Assembly: GCA_026996935.1 (NCBI GenBank)
Contig: JALWJW010000446.1
Span: 1 to 31,186, forward strand
Direction of reading: 5' to 3'
Source: Hyphomicrobiales bacterium
Lineage (GTDB): Bacteria; Pseudomonadota; Alphaproteobacteria; Rhizobiales; Aestuariivirgaceae
Length of the DNA stretch: 31,186 nucleotides
Each line of letters opens with the position of its first letter. Position 1 is the stretch's first letter. A program made the translations under genes and the position numbers. Positions 12,110 to 19,911 of the stretch are shown in pieces. Under the pieces are notes generated by a model. That model was given only the letters and a program-made list of their open reading frames with translations. It did not search any database and had not been told where the DNA came from.

Positions 12110-12192
12110 TCGTTTTATGACATTGTGTATCCATCATTAAGGAAGACCATTCGGGACGGTCGAATTGAGAAACATTATTGGAGGATACACCA

Positions 12193-12597
12193 ATGTTAAA
12201 GAAAACAATTATTGCAGCAACAGCACTTGTCGCAAGTTTCGTTGCTTTTCAACCTGTTGAACAAGCCCAAGCGCGGGTAAATATTGGTGTTCATTTAGGC
12301 GGTCCTGGATATTATGGCGGTTATTATGGCCCTGGCTATGTTCCTGCACCGGTTTATGTACCAGCGCCTGTTTATGTACCGGCTCCATATTATGCGCCAC
12401 GCCCACGTTATTATGCGCCACGTGTTTCATATTGTACTAAAGCTCGTCGTAAAATCCGCAATCGTGGTTATTACAAAATTCGCGCTATTGATTGTTCAGG
12501 TTCACGTTATACATTCCACGCAAAACGTGGCGGTGTCTGGTATCGTCTTCGCGTGAAAGCACGTTCAGGTCGGATTTATAAAGTGACTTATCTCTAA
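12193..12597 (+). CDS. Small secreted Pro/Tyr-rich protein with a basic PepSY-like C-terminal domain
   Basis: GGAGG at 12180-12184 supports ATG 12193. Signal peptide ends AQA. YVPAP occurs three times and YYAPR twice. Two Cys in the C-terminal domain. The PepSY-like assignment is inference. Confidence 0.75.
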   Translation: MLKKTIIAATALVASFVAFQPVEQAQARVNIGVHLGGPGYYGGYYGPGYVPAPVYVPAPVYVPAPYYAPRPRYYAPRVSYCTKARRKIRNRGYYKIRAIDCSGSRYTFHAKRGGVWYRLRVKARSGRIYKVTYL

Positions 12598-12626
12598 GAT
12601 TTGTTTTTAGAAGATTGATTTTAGGA

Positions 12627-12706
12627 AAAAGAGAGTTCCCCTCATCCCCCTCAAGACTCTCTTTTGACTATGCTTAAAGCCTTGCATGTATTTGCAGGGC
12701 TTTTTT
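12627..12706 (+). ncRNA. Candidate 3'-UTR sRNA: C-rich-loop hairpin plus terminator
   Basis: Perfect 10-bp stem AAAAGAGAGT/ACTCTCTTTT with a 19-nt loop TCCCCTCATCCCCCTCAAG, followed by a terminator hairpin. Confidence 0.4.
12676..12706 (+). terminator. Rho-independent terminator between convergent genes, possibly bidirectional
   Basis: AAAGCCTTGCA-tgtatt-TGCAGGGCTTT (11 bp, one G-U) running into a T6 tract. Confidence 0.8.
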
Positions 12707-12711
12707 GCTTT

Positions 12712-13587
12712 TCATGACTGGGTGGTGCTGACTTGTTGTAAAACTGTGGTAAGGGCTTGAATGAGTTGGGTTTGGGGGCTGGATTGTCGCTCGATCATTA
12801 CCAGGGTGCGATGCATTGGCGGATCACCAAAGGGCAGCCACTTTAAGCCGTCAAGGATTTTTGAGCCTGTGCGCGGTAAGGGGACAACAGACACGCCAAG
12901 ACCAAATGAAACCATGCGTCCAATGGCATCAAGGTTATCAATTTCCATACCATGATTGACGTGAATATTGCGGTCGGTTAGAAAGCGGTCAATTTGTTGA
13001 CCTGTCCAGGCGCGGCGCGAAAATTGGATAAAAGAGCCACCCTCTAACAACTCTTTATCTGTTTCACCTTTTGTGTGAGGTGGGGCAATCACCAATAAAG
13101 GTTCTCGTGCAATGGGTTTTGCAATCAGTCCTTCGGCCAGTTTGGTAGGCTCTGCAACAATGGCGGCATCAATCTCGCCCGATCGGGTGGCCGCGGCCAA
13201 TTCAGCCGATAAGCCATTGGTGACTCGGATATGTAATTTTGGGTGACGTTCTCGCATCATTACAAGGGCAGGGGGTAAAATGGAGGCGATGGATGTGGGG
13301 ACGGCACCAAAGTTTAATGTGCCTTCTAAAGTGATATTTCCGCTTTGACGGGTGATTTCCTCGCACATATTCAAGACCTTGCGGGCCTGCTCAATAATTC
13401 TGAGGCCCTTTTCATTCAATACTGGAGGGCGGTGACGGCGGTTAAATAACTCTGTACCGATTTCATCTTCAAGGCTTTTAATCTGTAAACTAACGGCTGA
13501 TTGTGTAAGGCCAATGGCATCAGCAGCGGCGGCAAAGGTGCCAAAATCTGCGATGGCAATCAGTGTTCTTAATTGGCGAAGTTCCAT
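12712..13587 (-). CDS. LysR-family transcriptional regulator
   Basis: MELRQLRTLIAIADFGTFAAAADAIGLTQSAVSLQIKSLEDEIGTELFNR helix-turn-helix signature. 291 aa. Confidence 0.95.
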   Translation of the reverse strand: MELRQLRTLIAIADFGTFAAAADAIGLTQSAVSLQIKSLEDEIGTELFNRRHRPPVLNEKGLRIIEQARKVLNMCEEITRQSGNITLEGTLNFGAVPTSIASILPPALVMMRERHPKLHIRVTNGLSAELAAATRSGEIDAAIVAEPTKLAEGLIAKPIAREPLLVIAPPHTKGETDKELLEGGSFIQFSRRAWTGQQIDRFLTDRNIHVNHGMEIDNLDAIGRMVSFGLGVSVVPLPRTGSKILDGLKWLPFGDPPMHRTLVMIERQSSPQTQLIQALTTVLQQVSTTQS

Positions 13588-13611
13588 GGCTGCTTACAGT
13601 ATGAGGTAAAG

Positions 13612-13634
13612 TTGCATTAATATTATTTATGCAA
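13612..13634. promoter_or_regulatory. LysR-type binding palindrome (T-N11-A)
   Basis: TTGCATTAATA-T-TATTTATGCAA: 23-bp dyad with one mismatch, containing T-N11-A, 25-47 bp upstream of the LysR ATG. Confidence 0.65.
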
Positions 13635-13670
13635 AATTGTATCATGCCATTTTGATTAAGTAACGTAAAT

Positions 13671-14867
13671 TTATAATCTAAAAACTGGACGGGCTAAAAT
13701 GCCAAAATAACTACCAATAAAACCAGACACCAGCCATGCCCAGCCGTGATAACTGCCTGAAGCAATGCCCGAAAATAATGCCCCGATGTTGCAGCCTGAA
13801 GCCAGGCGAGCGCCATAGCCCATGAGCAGGCCGCCAATGATGGCGGCGATTATTGACTTGAAGGGGATTTTTTTAAAGGTGCCAAATTTTCCAGCTAATC
13901 CGGCTGCTAATGCGGCGCCAAAAATAATGCCGAAATTCATTGCCGATGTGTCTTCGGCAAATAAACTGCCCTTTAAGGCGCGTGATGGATAACCCCATGT
14001 CCAAAACTCAGTCTGGCTTAAATCGATGCCTAATGCCCCAAGGGCTTTGGCCCCCCATAAGGTATAGCCAAATGAGATGGACCATGTGTGTCCGGTTAAA
14101 GATAAAACTGCAATATTGCCAAGAGCCAGAGCAATGCCGCCCCAGATCAGCGGCCAAGGGCCGCGAACCAGTCGTTTGTAATAGGGTGTATTTTTAGCTT
14201 GAGGCTGCTCGCCATGCAGTACGTTACCGTGGGCATTATACTCGATTATTATTGTTAACAATGCGATTAAAGCGAGCAGGGACAGGGTGATTACTATTGT
14301 CGGGTAAAGGCCAGCAGCCTGTAACAAGGTGCCGCTGGTAAAACGTGGTGTGGTGAACCACCATGGTAAATCGGCACTGCCAATAACAGACCCTGCCATG
14401 AAAAACATTAATGTAACCACCATACGGGTGGAGCCGCCGCCAACAGTGTAAAGTGTGCCAGAGGCGCAGCCACCGCCAAGCTGCATGCCAAAGCCAAACA
14501 TAAATGCACCAAGTAACATGGCAACGCCAACGGGTGCATTTGCGCCAATGACACCATGACCGAAAATCTCACCATTTTGGAGAATGGGCAGAATGACAAC
14601 GGCGGCAATGGCAAAGGTCAGCATTTGAGCGCGCATGCCTGCACCGCGTTTGTTGGTGACCAGATGTCGCCAACCTGCTGTAAAGCCGAATGAGGCATGG
14701 TATAGGGCGATACCCATAAGGCCGCCTAAGAGATAAACCGCTGGCTTGCCGCCAGGAACATTGGATTGAATGAAGGCGGCTCCTCCAAGAAGGGCGATGG
14801 CGGCAATGAAGACAACAGCCCAGTTGATTGGGGTGGTGGTTGAAAGTTTTTGGCTTGAAACGGTCAT
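13671..14867 (-). CDS. YeeE/YedE family sulfur-compound transporter
   Basis: Multi-pass hydrophobic, Gly-rich protein with duplicated motifs FGFGMQLGGGCASG and MGYGARLASGCNIG. Confidence 0.9.
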   Translation of the reverse strand: MTVSSQKLSTTTPINWAVVFIAAIALLGGAAFIQSNVPGGKPAVYLLGGLMGIALYHASFGFTAGWRHLVTNKRGAGMRAQMLTFAIAAVVILPILQNGEIFGHGVIGANAPVGVAMLLGAFMFGFGMQLGGGCASGTLYTVGGGSTRMVVTLMFFMAGSVIGSADLPWWFTTPRFTSGTLLQAAGLYPTIVITLSLLALIALLTIIIEYNAHGNVLHGEQPQAKNTPYYKRLVRGPWPLIWGGIALALGNIAVLSLTGHTWSISFGYTLWGAKALGALGIDLSQTEFWTWGYPSRALKGSLFAEDTSAMNFGIIFGAALAAGLAGKFGTFKKIPFKSIIAAIIGGLLMGYGARLASGCNIGALFSGIASGSYHGWAWLVSGFIGSYFGILARPVFRL

Positions 14868-14974
14868 GGGTTTCTTTCTGATTATCTGTCACAACAAATT
14901 TAGGCGCAAGCTTATCAATGAGCAAGTTGATTGGTGGGTGTCACACTTGCTTGTGATGAAAAGTCAGATAGAAA

Positions 14975-16477
14975 TTATGTTGCTGGCGTTTGATTTTCGA
15001 GTAAGCGCAATTGGGTTTTAAGCACTTTGCCATAATTATTTTTCGGCAATTCATCGATAAAGCGGTAAATTTTGGGGCGTTTGAAGCGGGCAATATTCTT
15101 AAGGCAATGGTCATCAAGCCGCTTTTCATCGGTGTTGCCAACAATATAGGCTACAACAATTTCGCCCCAATCAGCATCGGGTCGTGAAATAACGCTGACT
15201 TCTTCTACCCCAGATGCTGTGAGCAGGACTTCTTCAATTTCTCGTGGATAGATGTTTGACCCGCCTGAAATAATTAAATCTTTGGCGCGGTCGGTAAGAG
15301 TGAGAAAGCCGTTATTGTCAAAATGGCCAATGTCGCCTGTGTAAAGCCAGCCATTTTTCAGGCTTTGGTTTGTGGCTTTTGGATTGTTCCAATATCCCGT
15401 CATGACAGTGTCGCCAGAAACGATGATTTCGCCTGTTTGGCCAGTTGGAACTTCCTGGTCGTTATCATCAACGATTTTCACACTAACGCAGCTATCGCAA
15501 ATGCCAACGGTGCCTAAACGGTGTTTCCAGTCGGGGTGGATTTTATCGGCAAGCATTTGTTTGGGCAGGTGGGTGATGGTCATGGGGCTTTCGCCTTGTC
15601 CATATAGTTGGGCCAGCTTTGGGCCAAAACGATCAAGCGCGGCGATGCAATCGGTTACATACATGGGCGCGCCGCCGTATATAATGAGTTTTAAATTTTC
15701 AGGTTTGGCTTTGGTTTTGTGCAAAGTTAAACGCCGTACCATGGTGGGGGCGGCAAAAAAAGAGACATTGGGCCAGTGGCTAAGGAGACCAAAAATTTCT
15801 TCACAATCAAACCCGCCGCTTTGTGGAATGACATTACAGGCCATTGCACACACGTGGGGAAGCATCCATAAGCCTGCTCCATGGCTTAACGGGGCAGGGT
15901 GGATGATGGTGTCGCCTGGTTCTACTTTGTCAAAATCACTGAAATAGTTAAGAGACATAGCCATGAGGTTGCGGTGGCTGAGCATGGCCCCTTTTGGTTT
16001 CCCCGTCGTGCCTGATGTGTAAAAAAGCCAGGCCGTATCGGTTGGGTTTGATGGATGAATGGGGGCGGGTGAATTGTTTAACAGGGCGCGGTATTCATCA
16101 CTTCCAAAGGCAACAAAGGGTGTTTTTGTTTGATGGTTTTTTGCAAATATTTCGGGGCTGACAAAACATAAAGAAACATCGGCATCGGTTAGAATGTAGT
16201 CAAGTTCGCTCTGGTGTAGTTTGGCGTTGATGGGGACGGCGATTAAGCCTGCGTGCCAAATGGCAAAGATGGTTTCAATATATTGTGGGGTATTGGCCGA
16301 GATAATGCCAACGCGATCACCCGGATTTAAGTTTTTTTGATCTAATAAGCCACCTGCAATGGTGCCAACTTCTTGGCTCAGTTGCTGGTAATTTAGAACG
16401 ACATTATGGCCATGGCCAACTGCGGGGTATGTCGGGCGGGATAAAGCGGCACGGATAATCCAGTTTGCAATATTCAT
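14975..16477 (-). CDS. AMP-forming acyl-CoA synthetase (ANL superfamily)
   Basis: YTSGTTGKPKG, YGQGE, TGDIG, RAKDLIISGGSNIYPREIE and C-terminal PKNNYGKVLK. Start at 16477 (MNIANW) is inferred; 16525 is an alternative. Confidence 0.9.
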   Translation of the reverse strand: MNIANWIIRAALSRPTYPAVGHGHNVVLNYQQLSQEVGTIAGGLLDQKNLNPGDRVGIISANTPQYIETIFAIWHAGLIAVPINAKLHQSELDYILTDADVSLCFVSPEIFAKNHQTKTPFVAFGSDEYRALLNNSPAPIHPSNPTDTAWLFYTSGTTGKPKGAMLSHRNLMAMSLNYFSDFDKVEPGDTIIHPAPLSHGAGLWMLPHVCAMACNVIPQSGGFDCEEIFGLLSHWPNVSFFAAPTMVRRLTLHKTKAKPENLKLIIYGGAPMYVTDCIAALDRFGPKLAQLYGQGESPMTITHLPKQMLADKIHPDWKHRLGTVGICDSCVSVKIVDDNDQEVPTGQTGEIIVSGDTVMTGYWNNPKATNQSLKNGWLYTGDIGHFDNNGFLTLTDRAKDLIISGGSNIYPREIEEVLLTASGVEEVSVISRPDADWGEIVVAYIVGNTDEKRLDDHCLKNIARFKRPKIYRFIDELPKNNYGKVLKTQLRLLENQTPAT

Positions 16478-16532
16478 TGGTGTTGTGGCCTGACTGTTGG
16501 TGTCTTCCAACAAAATATGGCGCATATAAGCT

Positions 16533-16982
16533 TTAAGCGCAAACCTTGGTTTGCTGAGCAATCACATCGCGGCGGCTTACACCTAAATGATCGGCAACAT
16601 TGTAGATCATTGCTTCTTCCAATGTGTGCAGCTCATCATCGGCAAGGGCAATATCCCAAAGGTCACGGATGAATGACTTAGATTGTTTTGAGCTTATTTT
16701 TGTTTTGAGTGTATCTGTAAGTTCTGAAACAGGAATGTTTTCAGTGTGGTTTATTTTTGTCTTTTCAAGAAAATCTGCGATTACTTTTGGATCAACTTTA
16801 AAACGGCGAGAGGCCAGTTTTGTCAGGCGGTCGGTTTCGCATTGTAAAACTTTGCCGTCAGCAGGAATAAGTTGGGAAAGTAAAAGGGCAATGGCCAGTT
16901 TGGTTTCAATTTCGGGGCAATCTTCTAAAATCGCATGTTTGGCTTTTAATTGATTTGCCAATTTATTTAATTGAGTGGCCAT
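16533..16982 (-). CDS. TerB-family (tellurite resistance TerB-like) protein
   Basis: Two A-D motifs typical of TerB: IPADGKVLQCE and LWDIALADDELHTLEEAMIYNVADHLGV. Confidence 0.8.
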   Translation of the reverse strand: MATQLNKLANQLKAKHAILEDCPEIETKLAIALLLSQLIPADGKVLQCETDRLTKLASRRFKVDPKVIADFLEKTKINHTENIPVSELTDTLKTKISSKQSKSFIRDLWDIALADDELHTLEEAMIYNVADHLGVSRRDVIAQQTKVCA

Positions 16983-17126
16983 GTTTGAGACTTTGTGTGT
17001 TTTGGTTGTATAGGTTGTATTTGATAAGTGAATAGTTGAATGTGGTCAAAGAAAATTTTGCTACCAAATGGGGCCAGTTAGTGGCATAAGTTGTGCCAGA
17101 AAATTGGAAATTTCAGGAAATATAAA

Positions 17127-18350
17127 ATGAGTTATTCAGCAGTCACAACGCGCCGGAATTGTATTGGTGTGAAGGTTGGAAAAGTAATGGTGGGCGGTGG
17201 TGCTCCTGTTGTGGTGCAATCTATGACCAATACAGATACGGCCGATGTTGATGCCACAGTGGCCCAGGTTGTTGAATTGGCGCGGGCCGGGTCTGAATTG
17301 GTGCGGATTACGGTTGATCGTAAAGAAGCAGCCGCGGCCGTTGGAGCCATTCGAGAAAAGCTTGACCTGCTTGGCGTTGATGTCCCGCTGGTGGGTGATT
17401 TTCATTATATCGGTCACACGCTTTTGCGTGATTATCCAGATTGCGCGCAGGCATTGGCCAAGTATCGGATTAACCCGGGCAATGTTGGTTTCAAAGCTAA
17501 ACAGGATCGTAATTACTCAATGATGATTGAAAAAGCTATTGAGTATGACAAGCCTGTTCGGATCGGGGTTAATTGGGGCTCGCTCGATCAATCGATGATT
17601 GTGCGGTTGATGGATGAAAATGCCAAACTTGATGAGCCTTTGGATTCTCGTTTGATTATGCATGAAGCCATGATCCAGTCAGGCATTTCATCGGCAGAAA
17701 GAGCGGTTGATTTGGGGCTTGGTAAAGATAAAATTATTATTTCAGCCAAGGTTTCAGAAGTACAGGATTTGATTGCCTGTTATCGCATGTTGGCTGATCG
17801 CTGTGATTATGCTTTGCATCTTGGTTTAACCGAGGCGGGTATGGGGTCGAAGGGCATTGTAGCCTCAACCGCAGGCTTGTCGGTTTTATTGCAAGAAGGC
17901 ATTGGCGATACGATTCGTATTTCACTAACGCCAGAACCTGGCGGAGATCGCTCGCGCGAGGTGATTGTGGCGCAAGAGATTTTGCAAACAATGGGGCTGC
18001 GGTCGTTTAAACCGATGGTGATTGCTTGTCCCGGTTGCGGGCGCACCACATCAACCGTGTTCCAAGAGCTTGGCAAAGATATTGAAAACTTTATTCTTAA
18101 GCGCACCCCTGAGTGGCGCGAAGAATATCAGGGGTTTGAAAAACTTCAAGTGGCGGTGATGGGTTGTATTGTGAATGGTCCCGGTGAATCAAAACACGCC
18201 GATATTGGCATTTCGCTACCTGGTACTGGTGAAGTGCCTGCTGCGCCTGTGTTCATTGATGGTAAAAAGGTGAAAACCCTGCGCGGTGAAGATATTTCGC
18301 AGCAGTTTCAAAATATTGTGGAGAACTATATTCAGCAGCGCTGGGGGTAG
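17127..18350 (+). CDS. ispG: HMBPP synthase (GcpE/IspG)
   Basis: [33 protein letters not shown], and Fe-S ligands CPGCGR and [11 protein letters not shown]. Start ATG 17127 after CAGGA. Confidence 0.97.
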   Translation: MSYSAVTTRRNCIGVKVGKVMVGGGAPVVVQSMTNTDTADVDATVAQVVELARAGSELVRITVDRKEAAAAVGAIREKLDLLGVDVPLVGDFHYIGHTLLRDYPDCAQALAKYRINPGNVGFKAKQDRNYSMMIEKAIEYDKPVRIGVNWGSLDQSMIVRLMDENAKLDEPLDSRLIMHEAMIQSGISSAERAVDLGLGKDKIIISAKVSEVQDLIACYRMLADRCDYALHLGLTEAGMGSKGIVASTAGLSVLLQEGIGDTIRISLTPEPGGDRSREVIVAQEILQTMGLRSFKPMVIACPGCGRTTSTVFQELGKDIENFILKRTPEWREEYQGFEKLQVAVMGCIVNGPGESKHADIGISLPGTGEVPAAPVFIDGKKVKTLRGEDISQQFQNIVENYIQQRWG

Positions 18351-18366
18351 GGTTTATTCTCCCTGT

Positions 18367-18459
18367 CGTCATTGTCTGGCTTGAACCGTGGGGCCAGAAT
18401 GTTTTGCTTGATGGTGGTGCTTTTGTTTCCAGATCTTCGGATCAAGTCCGAAGATGACG
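18367..18459. repeat. Second CGTC-tagged REP-like inverted dimer
   Basis: Arms 18367-18398 (degenerate; 26/32 identical to the reverse complement of 1675-1706) and 18428-18459 (its reverse complement is 28/32 identical to 1589-1620). Lies between convergent genes. Confidence 0.85.
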
Positions 18460-18503
18460 GCGGGGGATTTGGTTTATTTTGTATTCTGTTTAATACTCAC
18501 TAC

Positions 18504-18785
18504 TTACTTGCGCGGAATATAGGTGTTGGGGGTTGCGTATTTTTTTAGGCAGGCGATGTATTGCGCGCGTAGGGAGCGGGCGGTTTTGTTGCGGTATTTT
18601 GAGCGGATACCTTTGCGTTCGCGTTGTTTAGCAAAGGCGGCGCGGGTTTTGTAGTATTCACAATAATCGGTGGCAAAATCACGGTCATAGCCGTTAAATT
18701 TGATGAATTGAGCGTTTGATTGTCCGATGGGTAAAAAAATGGCGGCGGCCAATGACAGGCCGAGTAGTTTTGAAATTCGTTTCAT
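18504..18785 (-). CDS. Small secreted cationic protein of unknown function
   Basis: GGAGA upstream supports ATG 18785. Signal peptide MKRISKLLGLSLAAAIFLPIGQSNA. 68-aa mature part with 18 K/R, 5 D/E and 2 Cys. Confidence 0.7.
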   Translation of the reverse strand: MKRISKLLGLSLAAAIFLPIGQSNAQFIKFNGYDRDFATDYCEYYKTRAAFAKQRERKGIRSKYRNKTARSLRAQYIACLKKYATPNTYIPRK

Positions 18786-18936
18786 TATTGTCTCCAATAA
18801 AAGTTTAACGTTCCCCCCCCTCTGTCAGGGTATTGGCCTCTGTCTGAATATATGGGGTTTGCCGCTGCTTTAACAAGCAAGTGCCGTTCACAATATCAGC
18901 AACTTTTTTGTGATTGGCATTGGTAAAGGCCTGGTC

Positions 18937-19824
18937 TTATTTCTTACGCTCGACTATAAAACGTGCCGCTTGACGTAAATTCTCGGCCTTGTCGCCAAAA
19001 ATAGACAGAGCCTGACACGCGCTATCAGCCAATTCTTTGGCCTTTTGTTTGGCACCATCTAAGCCGTAAAGATCGATGAAGGTTGATTTACCGGCATCGG
19101 CATCTTTTTGGGTGGCTTTGCCCAGGGCTTCGGGGGTTGATTCAACATCTAAAATGTCATCGGCAATCTGAAAGGCAAGGCCAACTTTTTCGGCATAGGT
19201 AGCAAGGGCCTGAAAGCTCTTTTGGTCGGCATTGGCTAAAATTGCTCCTGCAATGAGTGAGAAATGAAACAATGCGCCAGTTTTGAGACTTTGAATTTTG
19301 ATGATTTCATCAAGGCTTTGGCTGGCGCGTTGTTCGGCTTCCAGGTCAAGCATTTGCCCGCCGACCATGCCATTGGGACCAGAGGCTTTGGCCAATTCTA
19401 ACACAAGGTTTGAGCGCACTAATGGGTCGGTATGGGTTTTTTGATTTGCTAGAATTTCAAAGGCGATGGTTAAAAGTCCATCACCGGCTAAAATGGCGGT
19501 GGCTTCATCAAATTGGATATGGCAGGTGGGTTTGCCACGGCGTAAATCATCATCATCCATAGCGGGAAGATCATCATGCACCAATGAATAGCAATGGACC
19601 GCTTCAAGAGCTGCCCCCACGCGTAAGGCATTTTGATGATTAGCGCCAAGAATTTTAGCACTTTCGCAAACGAAAAATGGCCGCAGGCGTTTGCCTTGTG
19701 CCAAAGCAGAATAGCGCATAGCTTCTCCAATACGTGGAGCGGTGAAGCCGTTTAGGGCTAAAAGTTCATCAAGCGTGCTTTCAGTTTCATCAGCGGTAAT
19801 TTTTAACGTATCAAGAAATGACAT
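18937..19824 (-). CDS. ispA: Farnesyl diphosphate synthase / geranyltranstransferase
   Basis: GKRLRP, YSLVHDDLPAMDDDDLRRGKPT, GQMLDL, KTGALF, FQIADDILD. Confidence 0.93.
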   Translation of the reverse strand: MSFLDTLKITADETESTLDELLALNGFTAPRIGEAMRYSALAQGKRLRPFFVCESAKILGANHQNALRVGAALEAVHCYSLVHDDLPAMDDDDLRRGKPTCHIQFDEATAILAGDGLLTIAFEILANQKTHTDPLVRSNLVLELAKASGPNGMVGGQMLDLEAEQRASQSLDEIIKIQSLKTGALFHFSLIAGAILANADQKSFQALATYAEKVGLAFQIADDILDVESTPEALGKATQKDADAGKSTFIDLYGLDGAKQKAKELADSACQALSIFGDKAENLRQAARFIVERKK

Positions 19825-19868
19825 TTGGCAAAGTGCTCGGGTAAAGTTTAGAATGATTTAAAGTATAT

Positions 19869-19911
19869 TAGCTTTTACACGTACTAGCTTTTACACGTAT
19901 TTGTTTTTACA
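19869..19911. repeat. 16-bp-period tandem repeat (two perfect copies and one partial)
   Basis: TAGCTTTTACACGTA at 19869-19883 and 19885-19899. A degenerate third copy, TTGTTTTTACA (19901-19911), ends on the A of the next ATG. Confidence 0.85.

Noticed and set aside
14921-14963. AGCAAGT/ACTTGCT inverted repeat between the CoA ligase and yeeE
   Set aside because: Large loop and no U-tail, so it cannot be called a terminator or operator.
15372-15947. 191-aa plus-strand ORF
   Set aside because: Lies wholly antisense to the acyl-CoA synthetase, with no motif or ribosome-binding site.
16533-16982. TerB-like gene as part of a tellurite-resistance cluster or of the five-gene operon
   Set aside because: Solitary TerB-like genes are common in alphaproteobacteria. 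No other ter genes are present and it lies 3.6 kb from the operon.
18884-18890. CCGTTCA half-site matching the 12070 operator motif upstream of the other small secreted gene
   Set aside because: Single 7-mer with no partner at 11-bp spacing, so it is compatible with chance.
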